A stretch of 64,000 bases of DNA, taken from assembly GCF_002854065.1 (NCBI RefSeq), contig NZ_CP024147.1. The stretch is one strand, 5' to 3'. The stretch comes from Escherichia coli (GTDB lineage Bacteria > Pseudomonadota > Gammaproteobacteria > Enterobacterales > Enterobacteriaceae). Each line of letters begins with the position of its first letter. The first letter of the stretch is position 1. Both the position numbers and the translations under genes were made by a program. Under the pieces are notes generated by a model. That model was not told the origin of the DNA, did no database searches, and was given only the letters and a program-made list of their open reading frames with translations. Positions 22,033 to 33,255 of this stretch are shown one piece after another.

Positions 22033-24459
22033 ATGATGAAAATCCATACCACAGAGGCGCTCATGAAGGCTGAAATCAGCCGTAGAAGTCTGATGAAAAC
22101 CTCCGCACTTGGCAGTCTTGCGCTGGCAAGCAGTGCTTTCACTCTGCCATTTTCCCAAATGGTCCGGGCGGCAGAGGCTCCGGTAGAAGAGAAAGCGGTC
22201 TGGAGTTCCTGTACCGTTAACTGCGGGAGCCGCTGTCTGTTACGTTTGCATGTGAAAGATGACACCGTGTACTGGGTGGAGTCTGATACGACAGGTGACG
22301 ACGTCTACGGTAATCATCAGGTTCGAGCGTGTTTACGCGGGCGCTCTATCCGCCGACGGATGAATCATCCTGATAGGTTGAAATATCCCATGAAGCGCGT
22401 CGGCAAGCGCGGTGAAGGTAAATTTGAACGGATAAGTTGGGACGAAGCCCTGGATACCATCAGTGATAATCTTCGGCGGATCCTAAAAGATTACGGCAAT
22501 GAGGCTGTACATGTCCTGTACGGAACAGGTGTAGATGGCGGAAACATCACCAACTCAAACGTCCCGTACCGTCTGATGAACTCTTGCGGTGGTTTTCTCA
22601 GTCGCTATGGCAGCTACAGTACCGCACAGATCAGTGCCGCAATGAGTTATATGTTCGGTGCCAATGATGGCAACAGCCCGGATGATATCGCCAATACGAA
22701 ACTGGTCGTTATGTTCGGAAATAACCCGGCAGAAACGCGGATGAGCGGTGGTGGTGTCACTTACTACGTCGAGCAAGCCCGCGAACGTTCAAACGCACGC
22801 ATGATCGTCATCGATCCACGTTATAACGACACAGCTGCCGGGCGTGAAGATGAATGGCTGCCCATTCGCCCTGGCACCGATGGCGCACTGGCCTGTGCGA
22901 TTGCCTGGGTACTGATTACTGAAAACATGGTCGATCAGCCATTTCTCGACAAATATTGTGTTGGTTACGATGAAAAAACGCTGCCCGCCAACGCACCACG
23001 TAACGCGCATTATAAAGCCTATATTCTGGGCGAAGGGCCTGACGGCATAGCTAAAACGCCGGAATGGGCAGCAAAAATCACCTGCATCCCGGCAGAAAAA
23101 ATTATCCAGTTGGCACGAGAGATCGGTTCAGCAAAACCTGCTTATATTTGTCAGGGTTGGGGGCCACAACGACATTCCAACGGCGAGCAAACATCCCGCG
23201 CTATTGCCATGCTTTCCGTTCTCATCGGTAACGTCGGCATAAACGGCGGCAACTCAGGCGTACGCGAAGGTAGCTGGGATCTGGGGGTAGAATGGTTCCC
23301 GATGCTCGAGAATCCTGTTAAAACGCAGATTTCCGTCTTTACATGGACAGATGCCATCGATCATGGTACGGAAATGACCGCGACCCGTGATGGTGTTCGT
23401 GGAAAAGAAAAACTGGATGTCCCCATCAAGTTTTTATGGTGCTACGCCAGTAACACATTGATCAATCAACATGGCGACATCAATCACACCCATGAGGTGC
23501 TTCAGGATGACAGCAAGTGCGAGATGATTGTTGGCATTGACCACTTCATGACGGCCTCGGCTAAGTATTGCGATATCCTGTTGCCCGACCTGATGCCAAC
23601 AGAGCAAGAAGACCTTATCTCTCATGAATCTGCAGGGAATATGGGCTATGTGATCCTCGCCCAACCCGCAACCTCAGCAAAATTTGAACGCAAACCCATC
23701 TACTGGATGCTGAGTGAAGTCGCCAAACGCTTAGGACCGGACGTTTATCAAACCTTTACTGAAGGTCGCAGTCAGCATGAATGGATCAAATATCTCCATG
23801 CGAAAACGAAGGAACGTAACCCTGAGATGCCCGACTACGAGGAGATGAAAACGACCGGGATCTTTAAGAAAAAATGCCCGGAAGAACACTACGTCGCTTT
23901 CCGCGCATTCCGTGAAGATCCACAGGCAAACCCGTTGAAAACACCTTCGGGGAAAATCGAAATTTATTCTGAACGACTGGCGAAGATTGCAGATACCTGG
24001 GAATTGAAAAAAGATGAAGTTATTCATCCCCTTCCAGCTTATACGCCAGGTTTTGATGGCTGGGACGATCCCCTGCGGAAAACCTATCCACTGCAGTTAA
24101 CGGGCTTCCACTACAAAGCGCGTACCCACTCCAGCTACGGCAATATTGATGTGTTACAGCAGGCCTGCCCACAAGAGGTGTGGATCAACCCCATTGATGC
24201 TCAGGCACGCGGTATCCGTCATGGCGATACCGTGCGGGTATTTAACAATAATGGAGAAATGCTGATTGCCGCAAAAGTGACTCCGCGTATTCTGCCTGGC
24301 GTTACCGCCATCGGGCAAGGTGCGTGGCTTAAAGCGGATATGTTTGGTGACCGGGTCGATCACGGCGGCAGTATTAATATTCTGACCTCTCACCGCCCTT
24401 CACCGCTGGCAAAGGGAAACCCGTCGCACAGCAATCTTGTCCAGATCGAAAAGGTTTAA
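22033..24459 (+). CDS. ynfF: Tat-exported molybdoenzyme, DMSO reductase family (YnfF)
   Basis: 808-aa paralogue of the upstream gene; twin-arginine signal SRRSLMK; start may be 3 nt downstream. Confidence 0.9.
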   Translation: MMKIHTTEALMKAEISRRSLMKTSALGSLALASSAFTLPFSQMVRAAEAPVEEKAVWSSCTVNCGSRCLLRLHVKDDTVYWVESDTTGDDVYGNHQVRACLRGRSIRRRMNHPDRLKYPMKRVGKRGEGKFERISWDEALDTISDNLRRILKDYGNEAVHVLYGTGVDGGNITNSNVPYRLMNSCGGFLSRYGSYSTAQISAAMSYMFGANDGNSPDDIANTKLVVMFGNNPAETRMSGGGVTYYVEQARERSNARMIVIDPRYNDTAAGREDEWLPIRPGTDGALACAIAWVLITENMVDQPFLDKYCVGYDEKTLPANAPRNAHYKAYILGEGPDGIAKTPEWAAKITCIPAEKIIQLAREIGSAKPAYICQGWGPQRHSNGEQTSRAIAMLSVLIGNVGINGGNSGVREGSWDLGVEWFPMLENPVKTQISVFTWTDAIDHGTEMTATRDGVRGKEKLDVPIKFLWCYASNTLINQHGDINHTHEVLQDDSKCEMIVGIDHFMTASAKYCDILLPDLMPTEQEDLISHESAGNMGYVILAQPATSAKFERKPIYWMLSEVAKRLGPDVYQTFTEGRSQHEWIKYLHAKTKERNPEMPDYEEMKTTGIFKKKCPEEHYVAFRAFREDPQANPLKTPSGKIEIYSERLAKIADTWELKKDEVIHPLPAYTPGFDGWDDPLRKTYPLQLTGFHYKARTHSSYGNIDVLQQACPQEVWINPIDAQARGIRHGDTVRVFNNNGEMLIAAKVTPRILPGVTAIGQGAWLKADMFGDRVDHGGSINILTSHRPSPLAKGNPSHSNLVQIEKV

Positions 24460-24469
24460 GGAGTAGCCC

Positions 24470-25087
24470 ATGACCACACAATATGGATTTTTTATCGATT
24501 CCAGCCGCTGTACTGGCTGTAAAACCTGCGAACTGGCGTGCAAAGATTTTAAAGATCTTGGCCCGGAAGTCAGTTTCCGCCGTATTTATGAATATGCTGG
24601 CGGCGACTGGCAGGAAGATAATGGCGTCTGGCACCAGAACGTGTTCGCTTATTATCTCTCCATCTCCTGTAACCATTGCGATGACCCCGCATGTACAAAA
24701 GTCTGCCCCAGCGGCGCAATGCATAAGCGTGAAGATGGCTTTGTGGTGGTTGATGAAGATGTTTGTATCGGCTGCCGCTACTGCCACATGGCTTGTCCGT
24801 ACGGCGCGCCACAGTACAATGCTGAAAAAGGGCACATGACGAAGTGCGATGGTTGTTATTCGCGCGTCGCCGAGGGGAAACAACCCATATGTGTCGAATC
24901 CTGCCCGCTGCGTGCACTTGAGTTCGGTCCAATTGAAGAGCTGCGCCAGAAGCACGGCACTCTGGCTGCCGTCGCGCCACTGCCGCGCGCGCATTTCACA
25001 AAACCCAATATCGTTATCAAACCTAACGCCAACAGCCGCCCGACCGGCGATACCACTGGTTATCTGGCTAATCCGGAGGAAGTTTAA
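24470..25087 (+). CDS. ynfG: 4Fe-4S ferredoxin-type subunit (DmsB-like)
   Basis: 205-aa ORF with multiple CxxCxxCxxxCP motifs. Confidence 0.9.
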   Translation: MTTQYGFFIDSSRCTGCKTCELACKDFKDLGPEVSFRRIYEYAGGDWQEDNGVWHQNVFAYYLSISCNHCDDPACTKVCPSGAMHKREDGFVVVDEDVCIGCRYCHMACPYGAPQYNAEKGHMTKCDGCYSRVAEGKQPICVESCPLRALEFGPIEELRQKHGTLAAVAPLPRAHFTKPNIVIKPNANSRPTGDTTGYLANPEEV

Positions 25088-25088
25088 A

Positions 25089-25943
25089 ATGGGAAATGGA
25101 TGGCATGAATGGCCACTGGTTATCTTTACCGTATTGGGTCAATGCATAGTAGGCGCGCTGATTGTTAGCGGAATTGGCTGGTTCGCCGCCAAAAATGACG
25201 CAGACCGTCAGCACATTGTTCGTGGCATGTTTTTCCTCTGGCTGTTGATGGGCATCGGGTTTATTGCCTCTGTCATGCACCTGGGATCGCCACTGCGGGC
25301 GTTTAACTCGCTGAATCGAATCGGAGCTTCTGGTCTGAGTAACGAGATTGCTGCCGGTTCCATATTTTTTGCCGTTGGCGGACTATGGTGGCTGGTGGCG
25401 GTCATCGGTAAAATGCCGCAAGCGTTGGGGAAACTCTGGTTACTTGTCAGCATGGCGCTCGGCGTCATTTTCGTCTGGATGATGACCTGCGTGTATCAAA
25501 TCGACACTGTGCCCACCTGGCATAACGGTTACACTACGCTGGCTTTCTTCCTGACGGTATTGTTGAGTGGTCCAATACTTGCTGCCGCAATTCTGCGGGC
25601 AGCCCGCGTTACATTTAATACCACACCATTTGCCATCATTAGCGTTCTAGCGCTGATCGCTTGTGCCGGGGTGATTGTGCTGCAAGGTTTGTCTCTGTCG
25701 TCTATTCACTCATCCGTGCAACAAGCCAGCGCACTAGTACCAGATTACGCCTCCTTACAGGTCTGGCGTGTGGTATTGTTATGCGCAGGTCTAGGATGCT
25801 GGCTTTGTCCGCTCATACGTCGCCGTGAACCTCACGTTGCCGGACTTATTCTGGGGTTAATCCTCATTCTTGGCGGTGAGATGATCGGGCGTGTGCTCTT
25901 TTATGGCCTGCACATGACGGTAGGAATGGCTATTGCAGGTTAA
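25089..25943 (+). CDS. ynfH: membrane anchor subunit (DmsC-like)
   Basis: 284 aa from MGNGWHEW; polytopic; ORF-track start is extended. Confidence 0.85.
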   Translation: MGNGWHEWPLVIFTVLGQCIVGALIVSGIGWFAAKNDADRQHIVRGMFFLWLLMGIGFIASVMHLGSPLRAFNSLNRIGASGLSNEIAAGSIFFAVGGLWWLVAVIGKMPQALGKLWLLVSMALGVIFVWMMTCVYQIDTVPTWHNGYTTLAFFLTVLLSGPILAAAILRAARVTFNTTPFAIISVLALIACAGVIVLQGLSLSSIHSSVQQASALVPDYASLQVWRVVLLCAGLGCWLCPLIRRREPHVAGLILGLILILGGEMIGRVLFYGLHMTVGMAIAG

Positions 25944-25985
25944 CAAATTGGTGCGGGGCAACCCGCACATTTCAGGATGTTAGGA

Positions 25986-26600
25986 ATGACCCATTTTTCA
26001 CAGCAAGATAATTTTTCTGTCGCGGCGCGCGTGTTGGGCGCGCTGTTTTATTACGCTCCAGAGAGTGCTGAAGCCGCACCTCTGGTTGCGGTACTCACCA
26101 GTGACGGCTGGGAAACTCAGTGGCCTCTACCAGAAGCGTCATTAGCGCCGCTGGTGACGGCTTTTCAGACACAGTGTGAAGAGACTCACGCCCAGGCCTG
26201 GCAGCGTTTGTTTGTCGGCCCGTGGGCACTGCCGTCTCCGCCGTGGGGGTCGGTCTGGCTGGATCGCGAATCTGTGCTGTTTGGCGATTCAACATTGGCA
26301 CTTCGTCAGTGGATGCGCGAGAAAGGCATTCAGTTTGAAATGAAGCAAAACGAACCGGAAGATCATTTTGGTTCACTGCTGTTGATGGCTGCGTGGTTGG
26401 CGGAGAATGGTCGCCAGACAGAATGCGAAGAATTGCTGGCATGGCACCTTTTTCCGTGGTCAACACGTTTTCTTGACGTTTTTATCGAAAAAGCAGAACA
26501 CCCTTTCTACCGCGCACTGGGTGAACTGGCTCGCTTAACGCTGGCGCAATGGCAATCACAACTGTTAATTCCTGTCGCGGTTAAACCGCTGTTTCGATAG
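25986..26600 (+). CDS. dmsD: Tat proofreading chaperone DmsD
   Basis: 204 aa from MTHFSQQDNFS. Confidence 0.9.
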   Translation: MTHFSQQDNFSVAARVLGALFYYAPESAEAAPLVAVLTSDGWETQWPLPEASLAPLVTAFQTQCEETHAQAWQRLFVGPWALPSPPWGSVWLDRESVLFGDSTLALRQWMREKGIQFEMKQNEPEDHFGSLLLMAAWLAENGRQTECEELLAWHLFPWSTRFLDVFIEKAEHPFYRALGELARLTLAQWQSQLLIPVAVKPLFR

Positions 26601-26612
26601 GATCACCGTAAT

Positions 26613-26649
26613 ATTGCCGGATGGTGACGATTACGCGCAATCCGGCAAT
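26613..26649. repeat. REP-like palindrome
   Basis: ATTGCCGGAT-17 nt-ATCCGGCAAT just after the dmsD stop. Confidence 0.3.
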
Positions 26650-26793
26650 AATAGGTTACAGTGTCACGTTTTTTATCTCTTAAAGCACGCACTGCTTTTG
26701 CGGCTGGCCTCTTTTGCCGCAAAATAGTCGCCCGTGTTTCATTGCCCATTTCTGCTCATGCATCATCTACACATCTATCCGGATCTGCGCACT

Positions 26794-28050
26794 ATGTTCC
26801 GCCGTCTGCTTATCGAAACAGTCGTCGGTATTCTCGCGGCCTTTGCCGTTGCCGGGTTTCGTCATGCGATGCTGCTACTGGAGTGGTTGTTCCTCAATAA
26901 TGACTCGGGCAGTCTGGTCAATGCAGCGACAAATCTTTCCCCCTGGCGACGGCTGCTAACTCCGGCGCTCGGCGGACTGGCGGCGGGTTTGTTGTTGATG
27001 GGCTGGCAGAAATTTACCCAGCAACGCCCTCATGCGCCGACCGATTACATGGAAGCGTTGCAAACCGATGGTCAGTTTGATTACGCAGCAAGCCTGGTTA
27101 AATCGCTTGCCTCTCTGCTGGTAGTAACCAGCGGCAGCGCAATTGGTCGCGAAGGTGCGATGATTCTTTTAGCTGCCCTTGCCGCCTCCTGTTTTGCCCA
27201 ACGTTTTACGCCACGCCAGGAGTGGAAATTATGGATCGCCTGTGGGGCCGCGGCGGGAATGGCTGCGGCCTATCGTGCCCCGCTTGCTGGCAGTTTATTT
27301 ATAGCCGAAGTGCTGTTTGGCACTATGATGTTGGCCTCTCTCGGCCCGGTGATTATTTCCGCCGTCGTGGCATTGCTGGTTAGCAATCTGATTAATCATA
27401 GCGACGCGTTACTCTACAGCGTACAACTCTCAGTGACGGTTCAGGCTCGTGACTATGCGCTGATTATCAGTACAGGTGTGCTGGCAGGTCGGTGCGGACC
27501 ACTGTTGTTAACGTTAATGAACGCCTGTCATCGTGGATTTGTGAGTCTCAAACTTGCGCCGCCCTGGCAACTGGCACTAGGCGGGTTGATCGTGGGTCTG
27601 CTTTCCCTGTTCACACCTGCAGTGTGGGGCAACGGCTATAGCACCGTACAATCCTTTTTAACCGCCCCGCCACTGTTAATGATCATTGCCGGGATCTTCC
27701 TTTGTAAACTGTGTGCCGTGCTGGCGAGTAGCGGTTCCGGCGCACCCGGTGGTGTCTTTACACCGACGCTATTTATCGGTCTTGCCATTGGCATGTTGTA
27801 TGGTCGTAGCCTGGGATTATGGTTCCCTGATGGCGAAGAAATTACGCTTTTACTCGGATTGACCGGGATGGCGACACTGTTGGCGGCAACCACGCACGCG
27901 CCGATTATGTCGACGTTGATGATATGTGAAATGACCGGGGAGTATCAGCTACTCCCCGGTTTATTGATTGCCTGCGTAATTGCGTCGGTAATCTCGCGGA
28001 CGTTACACCGTGACTCTATCTACCGCCAGCACACTGCGCAGCATAGCTAA
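26794..28050 (+). CDS. clcB: ClC-family chloride channel/transporter ClcB
   Basis: 418 aa from [12 protein letters not shown]; ORF-track start is extended. Confidence 0.9.
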   Translation: MFRRLLIETVVGILAAFAVAGFRHAMLLLEWLFLNNDSGSLVNAATNLSPWRRLLTPALGGLAAGLLLMGWQKFTQQRPHAPTDYMEALQTDGQFDYAASLVKSLASLLVVTSGSAIGREGAMILLAALAASCFAQRFTPRQEWKLWIACGAAAGMAAAYRAPLAGSLFIAEVLFGTMMLASLGPVIISAVVALLVSNLINHSDALLYSVQLSVTVQARDYALIISTGVLAGRCGPLLLTLMNACHRGFVSLKLAPPWQLALGGLIVGLLSLFTPAVWGNGYSTVQSFLTAPPLLMIIAGIFLCKLCAVLASSGSGAPGGVFTPTLFIGLAIGMLYGRSLGLWFPDGEEITLLLGLTGMATLLAATTHAPIMSTLMICEMTGEYQLLPGLLIACVIASVISRTLHRDSIYRQHTAQHS

Positions 28051-28698
28051 GCGGATGTATTGCCCCAGTTCACGCTGTTCGGCGCGCGGCAGATAAGGCA
28101 GTTCACCAATGAGCGGTGCCGGAAGTTTTTTACCGAGCACATCAATGATTTCCGCATAATGCGCCAGTCCTGGGTTGATTCGGTTAGCCACCCAGCCAAT
28201 GAGCGGCAGCCCGTCGTTGGCAATCGCCTGAGCTGTTAGCAGTGCATGGTTAATGCAACCTTCCTGAATACCGACAACCATCAACACCGGCAGTTGTTCC
28301 TGCACCACCCATTCAGAGAGTGGACGCAAATCATTCATCAGACTACGCCAGCCGCCAGTCCCTTCTACCACGACATGATCGACTTTTTCGGTCAGGTTTG
28401 CCAGGCCGTTTGAAATGAGGGTGTAATTGATTGGGCAACTGTGCGCCACGCTACTTTCTTCTTCGCTTAACGCGATAGGATTAACTGCTTCATAAGGCAG
28501 TTCGATGGTTGAAACACTCTGCAACACCAGGGCATCTTTATTACGCAGCCCTTCGGGTGTCTCTTTGCTCCCCTTCGCTACGGGTTTATATCCCGCAACC
28601 GTTTTTCCCTGGGAGGCTAACGCTTGTAGCAATGCGCGGGAAACCACCGTTTTCCCTACAGAAGTGTCTGTACCGGTAATAAAGAAACGCTTCAGCAT
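28003..28698 (-). CDS. ynfK: dethiobiotin synthetase paralogue YnfK
   Basis: 231 aa from [17 protein letters not shown] (P-loop). Confidence 0.85.
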
Positions 28699-28822
28699 CA
28701 CTAACTCCACCGTTATGCTTCACAAATATAAACCAGGAAAATAATTAACCTTGAAAGTCTAAGTTATGCTTTCCTGGCCCAAATTGAGATAGCGCAAATT
28801 TTGGTAGAACAGTTAAAAAATG

Positions 28823-30043
28823 TTAACCCTGCAACAGACGAATCAACAAAGAACCGTTATACATCGCGTCTTTTACCAGCGCAGCCCCTGCCATCGTGCC
28901 CTGGTTAGAAAACTGAGTACTCTCAACGCTAATGTGCTGACTATACGCAGGAAGGGCCTGCTGACGGATGCTATCTGAGATGACCGGGAAGAGGATATCT
29001 GCCGCTTTACTTAACGGTGAGCCAATCAGTATTTTTTGTGGGTTAAATAAATTCACCATGATGGCAAGAATGCGCCCTACATGCGCGCCCACCCCGGTAA
29101 TGATGTCTTTTGCCAGCAGATCGCCGCGCAATGCCGCCTGACACAATGAGTCCACGGTTAACGGTTGCCCATGTAACATCGAGCTCATGGATTGATTGAG
29201 ACGCAGCTGTGCCAGCTCAAGAATACTGTCCACACTGGCGATGGTTTCGAGGCAGCCGTGGTTCCCGCAATAACAGCGTTTACCATATGGGTCTACCTGT
29301 GTGTGACCTATTTCCACGAGGCTACTGCTGCCTGCGTGTAGCAGATGACCATCGGTAATGACGCCCGCCCCCACGTTGTGATCGATAACCACCTGGATCA
29401 CATCGCGCGCCCCGCGTGAGGCACCAAACAAGGCCTCTGCCATCGTCCATGCGCTGATATCATGCTGAATATAAACCGGAACGCCGGTATGCTGCTCCAG
29501 AGCCTCGCCGAGCGGCATCTCTTTTACATCCTCGTAGAACGGCATGCGATGTACAATGCCATTTTCCGTATCAATAATTCCCGGCAGGGTTATGGCAATC
29601 GAAGTTAGACGCTCAAGTTTTTTCTGGTGGCGGATAAAAAACTGATCGATATGGGAAATGATACGATCCAGCAATGGCGAGTCATCTTTTAACGCCAGTT
29701 CCTGCGACTCTTCCACCACCAGTTTGCTGCTCAGATCGCGCAGAGCAAGGAAAATCTCCCCGCGACTAATGCGCAGAGAAAGATAGTGCCAGGCTTCAGT
29801 TTCAACCACCAGCCCCACCGCCGGACGGCCACGGTTCCCCGCTTCTTTGATTTCCAGCTCTTGTACCAAGTGTGCTTCGAGCATCTCACGGACAATTTTA
29901 GTGATACTGGCAGGAGCCAGCTGCGCCAGACGGGAAAGATCGATACGCGAGACTGGACCAAGCTGATCAATCAGGCGATAAACCGCGCCCGCGTTGGTCT
30001 GCTTTATTTGATCAATGTGCCCAGGCTGGTTTTCAGCAACCAC
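28823..30043 (-). CDS. mlc: ROK-family global regulator Mlc (DgsA)
   Basis: 406-aa ORF; GTG start. Confidence 0.9.
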   Translation of the reverse strand: MVAENQPGHIDQIKQTNAGAVYRLIDQLGPVSRIDLSRLAQLAPASITKIVREMLEAHLVQELEIKEAGNRGRPAVGLVVETEAWHYLSLRISRGEIFLALRDLSSKLVVEESQELALKDDSPLLDRIISHIDQFFIRHQKKLERLTSIAITLPGIIDTENGIVHRMPFYEDVKEMPLGEALEQHTGVPVYIQHDISAWTMAEALFGASRGARDVIQVVIDHNVGAGVITDGHLLHAGSSSLVEIGHTQVDPYGKRCYCGNHGCLETIASVDSILELAQLRLNQSMSSMLHGQPLTVDSLCQAALRGDLLAKDIITGVGAHVGRILAIMVNLFNPQKILIGSPLSKAADILFPVISDSIRQQALPAYSQHISVESTQFSNQGTMAGAALVKDAMYNGSLLIRLLQG

Positions 30044-30177
30044 CGCATACTCCCTATATTTTCGCGCTCCGAAATAATCTGTAGGCTATGGTGAAGCACT
30101 TCAATACGTGTCGTCAAATTTTTACTTAGGCATGTGATTAACAGCACATTTTTCGGGCTTTTTCGCTGAAATTTCCC

Positions 30178-31071
30178 TCACCTGAGAGCATTCAGCAGAT
30201 GAATACGAAAGTTACGCGCAGCTGGACTTTGTTCATGATGTTTCGGCCAGACCAACCACATTTCAGAAACCGCATCCTCTTCAGCAATCGGCACCCAGCG
30301 CATTTCGTTGAGCTGAACACGTTTAAATGACGCAGGCAAAATTGAAACACCCAGACCGGCGGAAACCAGACCGATGATGGTCATTGCCTCGCCCACCTCC
30401 TGAGTGATGACGGGCGTCAAATGGTAACGTCGCATCAGCCCGAGAATATCGTCATACAGCCCTGTCCCGACGTGCGGATCAAAAAAGACAAAGGGTTCTT
30501 TCGCCAGTTCAGCCAGTTTTACACTCGAATTATTTGCCAGGGGATGATCGTGCGGGATCATCGCCATAAGCGGTTCATGGACGATGACTGCGTGTTCAAG
30601 CGTCTCCGGTAACGCTGTGTTACGCAGCAATCCCATATCCAGCGTTCCTTCAATGAGCGGAGCGATTTGCTCGCGAGTGTTCATTTCGCGGGTTTGTAAA
30701 TGGACATCGGGATAATCTCGGCGAAACAGCGATAACGTATCGGACACCGCCCGAATAAAAGGAGCCGACGAAGTAAAACCAATGCGCAACTCCCCCGCTT
30801 CACCCTGATGCAGTCTTTCAGCGCGAGCGGCAGCGTCATCCACCATAGACAGGATTTGCCGACTATCTGCAAGAAACTGTTTTCCTGCTGCCGTCAGCAA
30901 TACACTGCGATTGGTTCGTGCCAGCAGTCGGGCACCAATTTGTTGCTCCAGCGCCTGAATCTGCTGACTTAGCGGCGGTTGCGAAATATTCAGGCGGGCA
31001 GCGGCGCGCCCGAAATGCAGCTCTTCCGCAACAGCAACAAAGTAACGCAGATGACGAAGTTCAATATTCAT
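30178..31071 (-). CDS. ynfL: LysR-family transcriptional regulator YnfL
   Basis: 297-aa ORF with N-terminal HTH. Confidence 0.85.
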   Translation of the reverse strand: MNIELRHLRYFVAVAEELHFGRAAARLNISQPPLSQQIQALEQQIGARLLARTNRSVLLTAAGKQFLADSRQILSMVDDAAARAERLHQGEAGELRIGFTSSAPFIRAVSDTLSLFRRDYPDVHLQTREMNTREQIAPLIEGTLDMGLLRNTALPETLEHAVIVHEPLMAMIPHDHPLANNSSVKLAELAKEPFVFFDPHVGTGLYDDILGLMRRYHLTPVITQEVGEAMTIIGLVSAGLGVSILPASFKRVQLNEMRWVPIAEEDAVSEMWLVWPKHHEQSPAARNFRIHLLNALR

Positions 31072-31177
31072 ATTTAAAACATCTTATTTGAGATTATTAA
31101 TATATTAGACAGAACAATTCGATTTTCCTACCCTATGTATAAGCCTGATCCACAGGCATATTTAGCAAGGATTTCAA

Positions 31178-32431
31178 GTGAGCCGTACTACAACTGTTGA
31201 TGGCGCTCCGGCAAGCGACACTGACAAGCAAAGCATTTCTCAGCCAAATCAATTTATTAAACGCGGTACGCCGCAATTTATGCGCGTCACCCTGGCGCTG
31301 TTCTCTGCCGGACTGGCAACATTTGCACTTCTCTATTGTGTGCAGCCTATCCTTCCGGTGCTTTCGCAGGAGTTTGGCTTAACGCCCGCGAACAGTAGTA
31401 TTTCACTGTCCATTTCCACGGCGATGTTGGCTATTGGTTTGCTGTTTACTGGCCCCCTATCCGATGCCATTGGTCGCAAACCAGTGATGGTCACGGCGCT
31501 ACTGTTGGCCTCCATTTGTACGTTACTTTCGACAATGATGACCAGCTGGCACGGCATTTTGATTATGCGCGCCTTGATTGGGCTTTCGTTAAGTGGCGTG
31601 GCAGCTGTTGGCATGACTTATCTTAGCGAGGAAATCCACCCCAGTTTCGTGGCCTTTTCGATGGGGTTGTATATCAGCGGCAACTCAATTGGCGGCATGA
31701 GCGGACGCTTAATTAGTGGTGTCTTCACGGACTTTTTCAACTGGCGAATTGCTCTGGCGGCTATCGGTTGTTTCGCGCTAGCCTCGGCGTTGATGTTCTG
31801 GAAAATCCTCCCGGAATCACGCCATTTTCGCCCGACTTCGCTGCGACCTAAGTCGTTGTTTATCAACTTTCGTCTGCACTGGCGTGACCGGGGATTACCG
31901 TTATTGTTCGCAGAAGGCTTTTTGCTGATGGGGTCGTTCGTCACGCTGTTTAATTACATCGGCTATCGGTTGATGCTCTCCCCCTGGCATGTCAGTCAGG
32001 CCGTGGTTGGCTTATTATCGCTGGCTTATTTGACCGGTACATGGAGCTCACCCAAAGCCGGAACCATGACCACCCGCTATGGGCGTGGTCCAGTGATGTT
32101 GTTTTCGACGGGGGTTATGCTGTTTGGTTTACTGATGACCTTATTCAGCTCGCTGTGGCTGATCTTTGCCGGAATGTTACTCTTCTCAGCCGGATTCTTC
32201 GCAGCCCACTCAGTAGCCAGCAGCTGGATCGGCCCCCGCGCAAAACGCGCTAAAGGCCAGGCCTCCTCGCTGTATCTGTTCAGTTACTATCTGGGGTCGA
32301 GTATTGCCGGGACGCTGGGTGGTTTTTTCTGGCATAACTATGGCTGGAACGGCGTCGGCGCATTTATTGCTCTGATGCTGGTCATTGCTCTGCTGGTCGG
32401 GACGCGTTTGCATCGTCGTCTGCACGCCTGA
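31178..32431 (+). CDS. ynfM: MFS transporter YnfM
   Basis: 417-aa polytopic ORF; GTG start; divergent from ynfL. Confidence 0.85.
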   Translation: MSRTTTVDGAPASDTDKQSISQPNQFIKRGTPQFMRVTLALFSAGLATFALLYCVQPILPVLSQEFGLTPANSSISLSISTAMLAIGLLFTGPLSDAIGRKPVMVTALLLASICTLLSTMMTSWHGILIMRALIGLSLSGVAAVGMTYLSEEIHPSFVAFSMGLYISGNSIGGMSGRLISGVFTDFFNWRIALAAIGCFALASALMFWKILPESRHFRPTSLRPKSLFINFRLHWRDRGLPLLFAEGFLLMGSFVTLFNYIGYRLMLSPWHVSQAVVGLLSLAYLTGTWSSPKAGTMTTRYGRGPVMLFSTGVMLFGLLMTLFSSLWLIFAGMLLFSAGFFAAHSVASSWIGPRAKRAKGQASSLYLFSYYLGSSIAGTLGGFFWHNYGWNGVGAFIALMLVIALLVGTRLHRRLHA

Positions 32432-32854
32432 AAAATAAGTCCGGACTGCGGTAAATACCCGTCCGGACTTATTGCCTGCTCAAACCAACGTTAATAGCCA
32501 TCCTAAAATAGACGAAGCGCCAGCCAATTCCCGCAGCGCGTCTAGCGTCATCAGGATTATAAGTACCCAAATAAACGGATTCATTTTGCTGTGTGTCATT
32601 TATTACTGATGCGCAGTTATTCTACCGCTTTGTAAGTAGTAAAATAGTTAACCCGATCAAGACTACTATTATTGGTAGCTAAATTTCCCTTAAGTCACAA
32701 TACGTTATTATCAATGCTGTAATTTATTCAGCGTTTGTACATATCGTTACACGCTGAAACCAACCACTCACGGAAGTCTGCCATTCCCAGGGATATAGTT
32801 ATTTCAACGGCCCCGCAGTGGGGTTAAATGAAAAAACAAATTGAGGGTATGACA

Positions 32855-33163
32855 ATGAAAAAAGTATTAGCTCTGGTTGTTGCCGCTGCTATGGGTCTGT
32901 CTTCTGCCGCCTTTGCTGCAGAGACTGCGACCACACCTGCTCCGACTGCGACGACCACCAAAGCAGCGCCGGCGAAAACTACACATCATAAAAAACAGCA
33001 TAAAGCAGCACCTGCCCAGAAAGCGCAGGCGGCTAAAAAGCATCATAAAAATACGAAAGCTGAACAGAAAGCCCCTGAACAAAAAGCGCAGGCAGCGAAG
33101 AAACACGCCGGGAAACACAGCCATCAGCAACCGGCAAAACCTGCTGCACAACCCGCAGCGTAA
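32855..33163 (+). CDS. asr: acid shock protein Asr
   Basis: 102 aa from [14 protein letters not shown]; Lys/His/Ala-rich low-complexity body; GAGGGT Shine-Dalgarno. Confidence 0.85.
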   Translation: MKKVLALVVAAAMGLSSAAFAAETATTPAPTATTTKAAPAKTTHHKKQHKAAPAQKAQAAKKHHKNTKAEQKAPEQKAQAAKKHAGKHSHQQPAKPAAQPAA

Positions 33164-33255
33164 GTTTTCAACAGTAATGCTGGCGCGCCCCCTCGCGCCT
33201 GAAAATTACGGTGCTAAGCGGGTAACGTTTAGCACCGTCTTTAGCGGAGGGTAGT

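Noticed and set aside
24374-24994. 206-aa and 136-aa minus-strand ORFs
   Set aside because: Antisense to ynfG, which has clear ferredoxin Cys motifs; spurious.
24849-25088. 5' extension of the ynfH ORF (364 aa in the track)
   Set aside because: Overlaps the ynfG 3' end in another frame; ATG 25089 directly follows the ynfG stop.
32867-33254. 94-aa minus and 125-aa plus ORFs overlapping asr
   Set aside because: Alternate or antisense frames of the low-complexity asr gene; Arg/Leu-rich artefacts.
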